From: the human T2T-CHM13v2.0 reference genome, Homo sapiens
Length of the DNA: 64,000 nt
Assembly (NCBI RefSeq): GCF_009914755.1
Contig: NC_060925.1
Direction: 5' to 3' (one strand)
Notes under the pieces: model-generated
What the model saw: only the letters and a program-made list of their open reading frames with translations
What the model was told of the DNA's origin: nothing
Database searches by the model: none
Part shown: one piece after another, positions 39,894 to 56,577 of the stretch
Layout of the letters: the number at the start of each line of letters is the position of its first letter
Position numbering within the stretch: position 1 is the first letter of the stretch
Made by a program: the position numbers and the translations under genes

Positions 39894-40443
39894 TGTCAGA
39901 GGCGTCCTAACTAGAGCGATTCCATCTTGAATAAAGGCCGGATAAAAGCAAACCTGCTGTGTTACATTCCCGAGGGGTTGGGCACTGTTGGTCACAAGAC
40001 ATTTATGGTTGAGGGAATGAGTTAATGATGCTAATAACTAATTAAAGACCCAGAATTTATGGAAATGTCCTAGTACTTTAAGAACAAAAAGCATTCTTAG
40101 TTTAAGACTAGGTTTTGCTTTAAAGATCATATAATATACTCATTAATTCTTGCTGAAATCAATAGTAACATAGGAAAATAACAATACTAATAGCATGTCA
40201 CAAGCTGATCACAAGTCTTTGTAATAAAGTACACTATTCTTAACAACCTATAGAAGCAAGCACTATGTTTAAGGTAGTGAGTTCTTCCTTTTGCTTTCTA
40301 AGGACACCCTACTCTGTAATTGAGTAGTCTCTAATAAACTATCTTAACTTCACTATACTCTGCAGCTCGCCCTGAATTCTTTCCTGTGCAAGATCCAAGA
40401 ATCTGCTCTCAGGGTCTGGGACAAGATCCCTTTTCCGGTGACA
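39894..40443 (+). mobile_element. ERV1 solo LTR, MER41 family (C/D-like)
   Basis: Starts tgtcagaggcg...ccatcttgaata, ends ttccggtgaca. 4-bp TSD gtat. Confidence 0.85.
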
Positions 40444-40619
40444 GTATCTATACTTTACTCAAAAACTCTCACGTCCTTGCATTAAAAGATTTCTACATGT
40501 CGGGGAGGAAATGTTTCCTCAACCCTCCCAGGGTTCCTGGCTGGCTCTGAAATAAAACAAAGACAGATTAACAGGAAAAAATATACAAATTTATTTAATC
40601 AGAATTTTACGTAACATGG

Positions 40620-40924
<305 letters not shown>

Positions 40925-41249
40925 TTATGTAACATGGAAGACTTCAGAAATGAAGACCGGAAGACCCAGGGAAAACTGCCCATTTTTCTGCTTAGATTCA
41001 ATGAAGAATGGACAGCACTGTAGACATGTGATTGGACAAAAGAGTTTGATCTCGTGGTAATAGACCGAGGGGGGATCCAGCAATGCCTGTCTGTTCCGAT
41101 TCTTCTCGGCATCTGTGTGCAGCATTCCTTCTTCCCGGATACAGGGCAGGATGCCTCTGGAATGAAGGTCTTATGACCTAGAATCATCCAACAGGGGAGG
41201 TCAGAGAATTTTTTTATGGCCAGCTTCTATTCAGAAAGTTGGGCAGAAA

Positions 41250-41592
<343 letters not shown>

Positions 41593-43519
41593 CTACTTTC
41601 TATGGCTTGCCTTAGAGTTTCCACGGCCTATCTTGAAGGAGAAAGAGAAGCAGGAGAAAGGAGGGTGAGAGAAGGTGAAACAGATCTTGCTTCTGAGGCT
41701 CTCTTGGTTTCCTGCAGTTTGTTCAAAGCACTCAGCATGCCAAGGCACCAAACTTTGGGGTATTGTGTTGAGTCCTGACATAAACATCAGAAACTATTTC
41801 CTTGAGATGACCTTTCCAACCAACTAAAAGTGTTAAAAACAACTGAAATTTCCCCTCTCCTGTGGAAACCTCAGGCTGAACGTGTCATAGTGTTCTACTT
41901 TCATATATAGAAAAGACTGTACTTGTGGGCAACAGTGTCATTAATTCTCATACAAGTTTTTTTTTCCATTTAACAATTCTGTCCTGTTTTTCTGCTTACA
42001 ACAGAAAACATATGCTATAGTAATAAACTCAAACACTAGACAAATACACAATATACAACGTAGGAAATGGAAGTATTCCATGATCTCACCCTAGAGATAA
42101 TCATTAGTAATTGACAGACATGCCCACAGGTGTTTTAGTAGACACACACACAAACACACATAGTTGTGGTTATTATTGCATTATTATTACTATCACCACC
42201 ACTATCATTGAAAAAAGAGAGATTTGGGTCTATTATTGAGCATAATTCTTAGCCAGGTGATTTACTTGGCATTACTTATTTTGACAGCCAGTATTTGTCT
42301 ATCTTAATTCCCAATATATTCCTGCGGTCTACAAATTTCTGATTAACTTTCACCTGAAACCACACTAGCTGTTTATTTTGGAAGAGCAAACTAAATCTGT
42401 CCTACACAATAGACAGGCTAAGAAGTACAAGGAAATTAAGAAACATTATCATTTGAAATACAGGTTTCCTATTCATTCCTGTTTATAAAGCCAAGAGCCC
42501 AGTTTATCTGAGCAGATTAAAAATTACAAGGACTCGCTAAAACTCATGGTCTCTCATTCAGAAGGAAATAGAAAAACACAAATAATATAAGTTCTCAGCA
42601 GATGCATAGAATAGAATAACACTTGACCACTTCAAAGCAACAGTTGAAAAGGGTGACTCAGGGTCAAGGTAAGGAACAGGTAAAAATATATATGTGTGTT
42701 TCGCTGCCTCCTTGAAAAATGGTGCTACATAAAAAGATTCTGAATATTTACAGTTTACCATTCTATAAACACCACAATTTTGCACCATTTCAAAAAAATG
42801 TCTCCAACTCTACCTAGTCCCACACACAGAATCCACTACAGTAGTAAGATTGCAGGATTGATCTGTTATTTCAGACCTTCATTCAGTTATTGGGTATTTT
42901 CTGTATACTTGCAATGTTCAAGGCTTTGGAATGAAAGACATTCTGGGTCTGCTTGGACTCCAGACAAGTAAACAAGCAACTATAGTCGAGGGAGATGAAG
43001 GTTATGGCAAGATTGTGCGTAGGATTCTCTGGAGCAGCGCGGAGGGACACCCAACTCCCATCCTGGGATCATAAAAAGCTTCTTGGAAAGCAGCCTCTAA
43101 ACTTGAGACTTAAACACTCAGCAGGCTTTGAGCAGGCCAGTTTTTCCTAATATTTTAAGCACCTCCAGTCTAAGATAAATTTTTTAAAATAAGAGTAATG
43201 CAGAAAACATTTTTTTCATAAAGCTAATTTTATCCAAAGGACTGTCCTTTATTCTGAAACTAAGCCCTTCCTACTTTTGGAGAATTTAAATAATCTTCCT
43301 TTTATGATACAGAAATAACAGTTTGGATGTCTCAAATAGCCTTTCTGGACCAATCAGTTGACAATAAAGAGTTGGAAATTTGATTGGTCCCTGAAAGGGT
43401 TTGTTGTTTTGTTGGTGTTGTTGATATGGTTGTTATTTGTATGGGCGTGTGTGTGCATAGATGTGTGTGCATAAAATCCGTGTGTCCAGAAACAACTGAC
43501 AGCTGAGCTGGGATGGACA

Positions 43520-43680
43520 GCAAGGGTGTTCCAAGCCCAGGCTCCTCCTCCAACCAGCAGCATCAGCATTACCTGGGAGCTTGAGAGAAATGCAGAATCT
43601 CAGGCCATGCCCCAGACTTACTGAGTCAGGCTTAGCATTTTAACACGATCCCCGGGTGATTTATATGTACATTAAAGTAT
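43520..43680. mobile_element. MER5A
   Basis: ccagcagcatcagcattacctgggagcttgagagaaatgcagaatctcagg. Confidence 0.8.
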
Positions 43681-44250
43681 ATTTTGTTCCCTCCATTCCT
43701 AGAATAGAGGGAACAGCGGGTATAAAGACTGGTGGGAAAGATCACGGTGGTTTGAAGATCTTTTCCAAAGTGAAAGAGTCAATGCCACAATTCAGGGAGG
43801 CTGAGAATGATGCTGGGAAGGCAGGCAGGTGGGTGGAGGAAGATGATTTGTGTTTTACTTCTGCTCCCACTGTAGCTGCATAGATCACTATTCCCTATTT
43901 CCTCCTTTCATTTTTAACTAAGGCATGTTCCATGTTGCTTAAAATGTCCAATCACTTATTGAAAAACCTCAAAGCACATGTTAAATATCCTGGGACAAAT
44001 ATCTTGGGGCTATTGTGTGGCAATTACAGGGATGCTGATTAAGCATTTCATAACTATAATAACACAATATTCTGACTCTCCAGAGTGGCTGGTGGAGAGT
44101 CTGTTTTAATAAGGACCAGACACCAAAGGATAAAAATTTACCCTAAGCCAGGGGGCAGCTACATCATGCTGATGGAAGGAGTCCTGCCCCACACAACTGC
44201 TTGGTTGTCTAAATTAGTCTTCATCCTACACCTGCATAAGAACTGTGCTA

Positions 44251-44464
44251 CAGCCTGGGCAACATGGCAAGACCCTATCTCTACAAAAGTAAAAAATTAG
44301 CCAGGCATGGTGACACACGCCTGTGGTCCCAGCTACTTGGAAGCCTGAGGCAGGAGGATGGCTTGAGCCCAGGAGTTTGAGGCTTGCAGTGAGGTATGGT
44401 ACTCAAGCCTGGGTGACAGAGCGAGACTCTGTTTCAAACAAACAGACAAACAAAAACAAACAAA
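44251..44464 (+). mobile_element. AluJ, 5'-truncated
   Basis: Starts mid left arm. Confidence 0.85.
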
Positions 44465-44539
44465 CTGCATTGAATGTACTAAAGGCATGATCTTTCCTTA
44501 TTTATGAGTTAAGATTTAAATTAAAATATGCTTTTTCTT

Positions 44540-44839
44540 GGCCGGGCATAGTGACTCGTGCTTGTAATCCCAGCACTTTGGGAGGCTGAGGCAGGTGGTT
44601 CACTAGAACCACTCAGTAGTTTGAGACCAGCCTGGCCAACATGGTGAAACCCCATCTCTACTAAAAATACAAAAATTAGCCAGGCATGGTGGCAGCTCCT
44701 ATAGTCCCAGCTACTCAGGAGGCTGAGGTGAGAGGATCACTTGAACCTGGGAGGGAGAGGTTGCAGTGAGCCGAGATCATGTCACCGCACTCCATCCTGG
44801 GTGACAGAGTGGGACTCTGTCTCAAGAAAAAAAGAAAAT
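44540..44839 (+). mobile_element. Alu (J/S)
   Basis: Full dimer. Confidence 0.9.
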
Positions 44840-46010
44840 ACATTTTCTTTTTTATCTGCTAAAAGGGAAAGAACATCCCACACGGCCAAAAAAACAAAAC
44901 ACAATCCAATATAGTTTTCCCTCCCTCTCCTGCTTCCCACAGTATTTCTATTGTTATTTTCTTTAAAAAAAATGGTTTGTCTTCTCAAATACACTTTGAG
45001 TTTACTAAGTTGTGGGAACTGCATTTTGACTTTTTGTGTTCCCAAGTAACCAAGGTAGTAGTTGCTCAATTAATTTTTTGGATAAACGAGGAAGCTGATG
45101 ACACAGAAGAATATAAATAGTTGAATGAATTCTCTATGATCTGTAGCCACATGGCTGACAGTTGCTAGAGCTTATTATCATACTTGGGGAGATTTTATTT
45201 AAATTCTGATTTTTTGTTCCTGGCAGATCGGAATATTTGACATCTATGTGCCCTATGATGTGACATCCTGTTTGTTAGTAAAGTTCTGTTTTCTGCAAAG
45301 AGAAACTAAACTTGTAAAAATGACATAATCATTTGCCCAGCTCACTACATAAGCTAATTTGAGAGGCACAGTCCTGTCATATATTTGGAATCAGAACTGA
45401 ATATTAGTGTAGCATGGTCCACTTTAAGCCTAAGCTATGTTTATGACTAGAATTTAGATGGTACGAGTTATACGGGTCCTGGTGGGGCAGCCCCAGGCAT
45501 TGGTTCAGAGGAGTGACTGAAGAGCTCTCATTCAGACCTTCCCAGGTACAAAAGCTTATCTGATAATAAAAGTTGGGTTGCAGAATGGAACAGGTGACTG
45601 TAAGCACAGCAGAGGGTCTGGCATCCAGATTTGCTCCTTACCTGTTTTCTAGATATTTCTATGTCCAGTCCTGGACAAAAGCATCTGAGATTTAAAACAG
45701 AAAGGCTTGTTTTCCCTAAAATGTCTGTGGGATCCCTGGTTGAAGTCAGCACTGACATGCTATCCATATAACCGAGTGGTTGTACCAGAGAAAAGAGAAT
45801 GGCTGGCCCTGTCCCGCTATCAAGAGGGGCCAGCACCACACACCAGCCATGACAGAGAGGGGTCACTCACTCTACCAGGTGTTTGCTGGAGCCTCTGATG
45901 GAAGAAAAATCCTTCTCCCTGCCCAGATTGTGCTGACATCAGAGGAGGAAATATAGGAATCATGGGAACACAGAATTCATTTTGTAAACAGTTCACTTAT
46001 GGTCAACTTT

Positions 46011-46332
<322 letters not shown>

Positions 46333-47489
46333 CTATTCCGTGAGTACAGTTCTGAGACAATTGTATCGCTTAGCAGTGTAGATGTAGCCCAGGTGGGTCA
46401 TCTTATGGGAAATAAAATGTATGATCTATTTGGAAGTATCTGACAATATCTGCCACCAAAAAAAAAAAAAAAAAAAAAATCTAAAACACACATTGATATT
46501 GGAGCAAATGCAGACATTAGGTTGGCAAACCAATCACTGAAATATAATATCAAGAAGACAGGGCAACAGGGTGTTACTAGATTCTAGAAATCTAACTGAG
46601 GAAGACAGTTGACTCAGATAAGATGTATCAAAGCACCTTTGAATTGGAAAGGGCCTCAAATATGCAATGCATTTAAACATGTCTGGGCCCACTTAATAAT
46701 GTAATCTTCTGGATCTTTATAGTTTTAAAAATCATCCTGTCACTTCACATGTGTTGGCAAGGTAGGGTAGCTTAATCAGCAGAGCCCCAAGGCAACATCC
46801 CTGGAGCAGGTGAGCTCGGCCTTCAGCTGGAGGGGGACTCCAGGCCAGGAGGCAGTCTTGGCAAGTTGCATTCCCACCCTGAGTGATGAGGGAGTGGCTT
46901 GTGGCAGAGCAACTCTGGCTCTGCGGGTGGACTCTGTGACCAGTGTGCAAGCTGCCATTGAACTCAGCTTCTCCTGAATTCTATGTGATTTCAAGAAGAT
47001 ACTCTCCCTTCTATCCCACTCTCCCTGATTCCACCCCCTTGGACACATGTTCCCTAATAGTCAGATACTAGCAACCTGAAGTAAAAATAATGACGGCCGC
47101 CCTGCTTCCGCCATTGTGGTTCCTACTGCCCAAGTTCCTCCTCCAGACCTAAAAGCACCAGCCAAGATTTTGAGGTCACCAAATCACAGTAATAGCTGAC
47201 CAGGAAATGTATTGTAAAGCACCATCACAGGACCTCTCACCCAGCAGGATAACCTCTCCTGACTTGTTTCCTGCCAAACCCATAGCACCATTTTTGGAAC
47301 TCAGCTGCTGACTGATAATTAGGTCTAATAGGAGAGCAAGGGTTTCCTGATGGGATACAGACAACACCATATTTACTGGCAGCTGTGCCTTTGCTAATTG
47401 TTGGAAACCTGGCTTTTAACCCATGCTTGCCACCCACCATGCTGGGCTCAGGCAATCTAATGAACACAGTTCTTTGCACATTAGTATTT

Positions 47490-47774
47490 AAATTTTTTTT
47501 TTACAGATTTAGGGGTGCAAGTGCAATTGTATTACATGGATATATTGAGTAGTGGTGAGGTCTGGGCTGTTAGAGTACCCATCACCTGAATAGTGAACAT
47601 TGTACCCAACAGGTAACACATTTTTTAAGAGACAGGATCTTGTTCTATAGCCCTGTCTGGAGTTCTGTGTGCAATCATAGCTCACTGTAACCTCAAACCC
47701 CTGGGCTCAAGCAATCCTCCCACCTCAGCCTCCCAAAGCACTGGGATTACAGGTGTGAACCACCACTACCAGCC
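47490..47774 (-). mobile_element. L1MA 3' fragment plus Alu monomer (~47621-47774)
   Basis: Reverse L1MA end gtacccatcacctgaatagtg, followed by FRAM/FLAM-like text. Confidence 0.75.
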
Positions 47775-48301
47775 ATTCTTCACACATTGAAGACAACTAT
47801 GAGGTGAGTATCCTACCCACTTGTGGCTGACTGTTAATACACAGAAATAATATTAGAGCATTTGTCACTGGGGAGAATACATTTGCAGGTATGGGTGTGA
47901 ATTCTGACCAGTTGAAGGCAGGCATATAATAGATGTCTGAAAGCAAGACAAATCTTTGGCCACTGGGGACTGGTTTTGCAAAAGCAGGGAGCATATGGCG
48001 GGAATGGTCGCCTGCTAACAATATTCACCTCAAGAACTGCTGAGTGGCACCCCAGGTGCTACCTGTGTTAACTGGCTGTCTAACCAGACACCTGACAACA
48101 TGTGTGGAGGACACTGTTTGAAGGGAAAGAGAACAGGGAAAAATATTTTACTCCAGATACATAGTCTGTTCCTTTAACACCATTCATTATACTCATCTTT
48201 TCCCCTCTAATTAGAAATGCCACTTTTATTACATACTAACTCCCTTTCAGCTTTTCAGGCTGTTTCTGAGCATTCTAAAACAGAGAAATATGGAACTATA
48301 A

Positions 48302-48691
<390 letters not shown>

Positions 48692-49446
48692 TAGAGTTAT
48701 CAGCAACTACATTCATAGCACTGTACCTTTTATGTCTTGTATTTACAAGTCATTGGTTAGGTCATCTGAATTCTATAATTGTCTCAAACATGTTTCTTTT
48801 TGTATTGACCACTTCCTCAATTTCAGAGAAGAAGGAAGACTATATCTCACTCAATATTAGTTTAGCAATATATGTGAAAAAAACTCAGCAGGCTTGCCTT
48901 ATACTGCCTTCCCTTGTGGAGAATCAATAGCATAGACATTCTGAAAACATGCATGGTAAGAATGGAGGTTGTAAGATGTACAAGTAAGTTGATTGGTCAG
49001 TTATTCTAAGTCAAGGATCCTGTGTTGATTTATTACTCGGTAAAAGTGTCATCATTTGACACCGTCATAACAGTGACTAAACACATCTTTGCCACACCTA
49101 ATATGTACAGCAAACCAGAAAGAACCATGGGAAGTGGGTTAGGGTATTTATTCTAATGCTATAACTGATACTGCCTAGATGGAATGTATACATACCATGT
49201 AGGACTTACTGTCTGTTTTTACCAAGAGTATTTTTTCTATTCTTGGTTCAGGGCTTTCCTTCTCTGTGCCTATTCCTTATTTATGGAAAACTGTCTCCTC
49301 AATTGTGATGTTTTAAAATCCCACCAGAACCTATCTTGTCACCCTTAAATGTCCCTAGGATTCTACTTCATCTTCAAAGATTTTTCTTACGCAAATGGGA
49401 AGAACAAGTATTGCTGCATTTTTTCCTTTAAAGAATTCCATTTAGC

Positions 49447-49643
49447 GGCCGGGCACGGTGGCTCACACCTGTAATCCCAGCACTTTGGGAGGCTGAGGTG
49501 GGTGGATCGCCAGAGGTCCGGAGTTCAAGACCAGCCTAACCAACATGGTGAAACCCCATCTCTACAAAAAATAAAAAAATTAGCCGGGCGTGGTGGAGGG
49601 TGCATGTAATCCCAGCTACTCAGGAGGCTGAAGCAGGAGAATC
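49447..49643 (+). mobile_element. AluS lacking 3' end
   Basis: Stops at ggagaatc with no tail. Confidence 0.88.
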
Positions 49644-50039
49644 AGCCTAGGAAATTAAGTGACTTGCTGTACGTGATATACAGGGCAGGGCTGGAACTGG
49701 GGTTCCTAACTCCAAATTTCTAAGCAGGTCATAACGAAGTGGTAACTACAAAACTTACCAACTGGTTATCTTAAAAGAATTTTCTCCTTAGAAGTATTTT
49801 GCCAGAGTTTAATTTTAGACTGCAAGTGTTATTCACACTGTCACGTTTCAACAGGTTTGCAAGTTCTTCTGTGTGGAAAACATACTTTTACCACAGGGAA
49901 GAGTCAGATGTTCTTTGCAGAGTCTTTGCTGTGCTTTAATTACCTAAAATTACTCCTTGGAAGTTTGTATATAGCTACATTACCACATTGAAGATGCATA
50001 TTTAACATGCACAATCAGCTTTGAGGAAAAATAATAGGG

Positions 50040-50642
50040 GTGTGAATTACCATACCATCCAACAATTCCACTTCCGGTACATATCAAAGAGCGAAAGCAG
50101 GATCTCAAAGAGATATTGGTACACCCATGTTCATAGCAGCATTATTCATAAAAGCCAAAGGGGAAGCAATGCAAGTGTCCATTGATAGATGAATAAAGAA
50201 AATGTGATATATTATATATATCACTGTGTGTGTGTATATATATTTACATACACGTACATACATATATATATGCAATGGAATATTATTCAACCTTAAAAAG
50301 AAAAGAAATTCTGACACATGCTACAACATGGATGAATCTTGAAGGTATGCTGCTGAGTGAAAAAAGCCTCTCACAAAAGGACAAATCCTATATATATCAT
50401 GTATGTAGAATAGCCAAATTCGCACAGACAGGAAACAGAATGGTGGTCGCCAGAAGCTGGGGGATAGAAGGAAATGAGGAGTTAGTGTTCAATGGGTACA
50501 AAATTTCAGCTGGGGAAGTTTAAAATGTCCTAGAAATGGATAGTGGTGGTGGTTACACAAGAATGTGAATGTACAGTTAATGCCACTAAACTGTACATTT
50601 AAAAATGGGTAAGACGATAAATTTTATGTTATGTATATTTAA
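50040..50642 (+). mobile_element. L1MB 3' end
   Basis: ORF2 C-terminal remnant (ILTHATTWMNLE) and L1MB 3'UTR. Confidence 0.85.
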
Positions 50643-50675
50643 ACACACACACTCACACATACACACACACACTCT

Positions 50676-50709
<34 letters not shown>

Positions 50710-50713
<4 letters not shown>

Positions 50714-51400
50714 TAGGAGGCAGAATACTTAACCCAGATCTGGAGGAAGGAGGATCGGGAAGGCTTCACAAAGGAGATGGCTTTGTCTTGAAAAAAGAGG
50801 AGGAGTTTGGCAGGCAGGACAAGAGAAAGATATTCCAGGCTGAGGGAATAGCATAGGAAGTAAGGAGGCAATTCCAAGGTCATATTAGGAGAACAGCAGG
50901 TAATCCAGGTGATGACAGTCCTGGACTCTTGCAGGTGATGAAGCTGCAATGGCAGAGGGAGCCGATCTTGAAAGCTCCTGTGTGCCATGCGGAAGCTTTG
51001 GACTTTATTCCATAGGTACTGGGCAGCTACTGGAGTCCATTAAGCTGGATATATGCCCAAGCTTGCATTTCAGAAAGAGAATGTGGGCAGTTGCCTGAAG
51101 AGAGGATTGGAGGTGAAAGGGACTAGAGGCAGAGACAATGGTGAGGAGACTCTTGCAGTAGCCCAAGAGAAAGATGATGAGGGCCCCAGCTGAGGGTATT
51201 GGAAATGGAGAAAGGTGTTAAGAGTGTGTAGGAACCTACAAGAGGTGGTGAGTGGAAGCTAACGATGTGAGATAGCCTTAGCATAGATCAGAAATATAAC
51301 AGAGGCTGAAGGGTTAGGGAGGGCTAGCAGTGAGGAGTGAGAAGGAGAGAAAGAATAAGTCCATGTTGGAGATGTTCAGTTTCATGTGCCTTGTGTAAAA
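50710..51400 (-). mobile_element. L2 fragment
   Basis: Purine-rich reverse L2 text, e.g. tttggactttattcc. Confidence 0.6.
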
Positions 51401-51789
51401 ACATCCCACATGAGTCCATCTGCACACATGTATTGAGTGAGTCCTTATAACTACGCCATGACCCAGACAAATAATCTCAATTTTACTGGCACCCGAGAAT
51501 CAGATTGGAATCTCTCCAATGAATGTCTTTGGCTCACCCCACTCCAGAAAAGTATCTGTATTCTCCCTCCTCAAATACTCTTCCCTGCGGTTTCTCTACA
51601 GTCCTGGCCACTCTCTGAGCAAGCAGTCTGCAGGGGCCAGCTCCTGGAGGCAACAGCACTGCCAGAAATTCATCCACCAGCCACCTTTCTCGGTGGTACT
51701 TAAAGCTCTCAGTCTGCACCCAGCCTGCCCTCCTAAGCTGCCCATGCTCTCGGCTGGCACTGAAAAGTCTCAGAAACACTTTAACCTAC

Positions 51790-52310
51790 CTGAACGGTGA
51801 TTGCCTCTTTTAGATGAGCAAGGAACTCTTTGTTGCAGGCTAATTAGCAACCGTCTTCCCAGGTAGCTGCAACGAAACTGGTCTCTTCCATGCTGTTAAG
51901 CAAGCTGGGTCTCTTGTTTGCAGTTAGATCCTGGCTTCTGTTCAGCTGACTTAGGGTAGGATTATTCCCCTGGCATTGAGGAACACACACGGTTGAGTCA
52001 AACAGCCCAAACCCCATTAGATGGCAAGGGAAAATACTGCTGTACTCTGATGTCACCCGAGGAAGACACGGGAACAGATGGTGAAGGCAAAAGCTTCATG
52101 CACCACAGAAACCTCGGAATACAACTTTCCCACGTAAGAATGAATAAACACTGAAAGAGGCCAAAACCCCAAACACTCTGGTATGAGGACTGCTCTTCTC
52201 AAAGCCAAAAGGTCATTGGGATGGCTTCTTAGAAGCCCTTGCGTTGCTTTTTCGTTTGGTAACGGGGCTAGGAAATCTCTGTGTCACCAGGAAGGCGAGT
52301 GGCCCTCTCT
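51790..52310 (-). other. LYST: Probable distal alternative non-coding first exon of LYST (5' end approximate)
   Basis: Strong minus-strand donor CAG|gtaggt at 51790/51789 in a repeat-free, mildly CpG-enriched block. I recall a LYST variant starting ~16-17 kb upstream of the main promoter. Confidence 0.55.
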
Positions 52311-52549
52311 CCCTCTGGCTCTTTGGCAGGTGGCCACGCTTGTATCACATGGGGAATTTGGCAAATCAAGTCCGATTCTTTTGCAGTGTAGCTGCAGCAA
52401 GGATTTCCAGTTAGTGATTTTGTGGTGGCTCCTATGAGTCATAATTCCCTGATTCTTCTGCAGAGAGGGTGGACCTAAGTTTGTCCTTGTGAGGACCATC
52501 ATTACTCTTGGTTTGAGAAGTCTGCAGTCCTTGGAGGACATAGAACTAA

Positions 52550-53139
<590 letters not shown>

Positions 53140-53396
53140 CCACAATATGAGTTTGAAGCATGGATACTGCCACTAGCTTTCTGGTGGCAAACTTTCACCA
53201 AACTCCTAGTGTCTTTTTTTTTTTTTTTTGCCGTTCCTTTGTGCTAAAATATGCCTTTTTTTTTTCCTCCTCCTGTTGTTACCTTTAAAATATTTTAATT
53301 AAAAACTACTGTCATCTTTTTAATATGTCTGTTATGGATTTCTGAATTAATATTTTTATTTAGAAACTTTTGTACATATATATATAAACAATGGCA

Positions 53397-53658
53397 TTTT
53401 TTTTTTTTTTCATTTGAGACAGGGTCTTGCTCTGAAGCCCAGGCCAGAGCGCAGTTGTGTGACCTTAGCTCACTGCAGCCTCAAACGCCTGGGCTCAGGT
53501 GATCCTCCTGCCTCAGCCTCCTGAGTAGCTGGGATTACAGGAAAACACCACCATGCCTAGCTAATTATTTTTATTTTTTAGTGGCAGGGTCTTGCTATTT
53601 CTCCCAGGCTGGTCTTGAACTCCCAGGCTCAAGCAATCCTCCCGCCTTGGCCTCCCAA
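53397..53658 (-). mobile_element. AluJ
   Basis: Degenerate dimer. Confidence 0.88.
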
Positions 53659-55168
53659 CTAGCACTTTGCCAAGTTGCTCTTTTTAAATTGGCAATTATG
53701 CCAGGTCCTGGGCTAGTATTTCATCAGTGTTATTGTATGTAATCCTCACAACAATTCTTCCAGATAGGTACTTTTATTCCCATTTTACTGATAAGGAATC
53801 TAAGACTTGTTCAATGTTTCACTGCTTTTAAAGGGTGGCACCAGTGCTTGAACCCAGGCCCGTTTAACATCCAATTCCTTCCTTCTAAACTACTAACTAG
53901 ACTGTTCTTTGCATGTGTGTTACATATAGGTATATATAGACTACATAGTAGGCAGGCAATAAATATTTGTTGAATGACTATTCTGTAGTGTATGTATTTG
54001 CTCAGAACTATCAAGTTTATTACTGTCCTTAGAAATTGATGCTAATCATGTGATCTTCTGGATCAGAGTATAGCTAAAAAGATTCATATCATAATATCAG
54101 GTGGAGCCCAGAACAATGAGTATTAAAGTGAGTGCTTAGATAATATGGTAATATCTATTACAAGCACCCACTTATAATAGGTATTACTTATAATAGGTTG
54201 TGGCTGAACCCTAAAGCACCTGGAATAGTCTTTATAATTAGTTCCTCAACAAATATTTATAAATGTATTCTAGTATCTTAGGTACCATGTAGGTATTAGG
54301 TTCTTGATAAATATTTCTTCAATACATCATTATTGCAGTCCCTTTTTATCACTGTTTAGGCCATGTCGATGAATTCCCCCAGCTGCACTCAATGTAAAGA
54401 GTGTGGGTTTGACTATATTTACTGTTCTCACATCAGCTGAGTTTAACTCACACCCAGCAGAGATGTTAAGGGTCAAAGGTATTGAGAGAAAGTTCTTTAT
54501 CTATCCAACATGAAAACTGGCTGAATGCTGTGGATAATAAAGTCACTGTGAACATATACCTTTAGGAGAAAAAGGCCTTCTTTCCTTTGAAATGTGGGTT
54601 AGCTCTGTTTCGTGCTGTAACACATATTATTAAAAAGCCCCTGAAGCATTTTGAAGAGCTGTGAAGGCTTTACCTCTCTAAGTGTTACTTGCATTTCTCA
54701 TGGCACTTCCTGCCTCATTTAATTCTACTAATGTTGTTAGATCACCTATCATAACTTGATGTACTGAATTAATATTTTCCTCTTGAAGACGTTTTGGAAA
54801 AAAATATATCTTGGCCTTATTATGAACTTAGAGGCCCTTGTTAATGAGCAGGATGCAAATGATTCATTTGGAAGACAGAAATCCTTTCTGAGTGGCTACC
54901 GTTTACTTAAATATTCTTGTGATGTGCAGAGTGATACTAACTGGCTTGAGAAAGTTGATACCGATTCCAAAACTAGGGTAATTTAAGATAAAAAATACAC
55001 TAGGGGCTCTGTAAATGGGGTGAATATAACAAATTGCCTGAGATGAGCCAATTATCTGGGCTCTGAATTTGGCCTAGATTGCTGGTAATCAAGGCAAAAA
55101 GAAAAATAAGGTGGATAATATAGGTCTGACTGCCCCCACCATGTTTATTTGTTAAAGAAACATTTATA

Positions 55169-55463
<295 letters not shown>

Positions 55464-55699
55464 AGAAATATTTATAAATTTACCCAAATTTTACTTGGCA
55501 TTCTATTCAAGGAGGAAAAAAGCATTTGTCTCCTAAAGAGTTACTGTATTCCTTTAAAAATATCCACAGGCAAACATAGTAACTCATTAAATATTATAGC
55601 CTACTCACAGGGTGTCTGCCATTCTTATTAGAGAAGAGAGAATGGCATATTAAAAATATGTCAGAAGTTATGGGAAGTTGTGAAGTGGAAGACAGACTT

Positions 55700-56570
55700 C
55701 AAGTTGTGATCCTTCACAAGGCTTCATTCTATGCTTGGCTGTTTGGGAGAGTTCAGAAATCAGCTCAATATGAAAGATATAAGAGCAACTGTCCAGCTGA
55801 GGTGGTACATACCACACTAATTTATGGAGAGGACTGAAAAAGTCAATTAAGCTCCTAAAATTCCTTCATCATTGCTAAGAAGCATTGACAAGCTAAGATA
55901 TAAAGTTGGGAGATGGACTAAATACACAGGATGGCAGAATAAGACTAGACAAGTCTTGAAGGGTTAAAGAGATGAGATCATTCTAACATGGCATTTAGTA
56001 GAGGTCAGTGCCATGTCAGGCCCTGCCGTTGAGTCGAAAACATCAATGGTTTGAGTAAAGAATAGGTGGGAGGTATTTTGCAGCACTTGTGGGAAAAGGT
56101 GTTCAGGGTTTTAGTTGAAAGCAAGCTCCATATGAGGCCACATTGTGATGGTTGCAGTCCTTCATCCACCTTTTACCTACCTATCAAAAAATAAAGGAAA
56201 CAGTGGGCTGGATGGTTTCTTCTTAGGGTAAATCCTCTCTTTGGTTGGGGCTGCTGTTGTTGTCCAGGTAAATACCTTTGCAAGCCAACATGCTTCCCAT
56301 TTAACCCTGGGTTTTACCAATCCCAGCTGTCTCATAGAGGCCTGACTTGCACCTTTCTGTTCCCTGCCCTGCCCAAGCAGTCATTTGATGCCCCGCTTTA
56401 GAATAAAGGAAGTGATAAACTCTCTCTAGGCCATGCTGCTTGGACTTTGCCAGGGGTATTTCATTCCGCTTAGAGTACCACTCTTATAAGTATTGTACAG
56501 AAATTAACTCATTCAGAGAGTACCTAGGATAAGGAGTCTTAAAACTGAGTCATAGGAGGAACAGTTAAAA
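55700..56570 (+). mobile_element. L3/CR1 fragments
   Basis: gggttttagttgaaagcaagctccatatgag is CR1-like. Confidence 0.55.
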
Positions 56571-56577
56571 AACAGCA

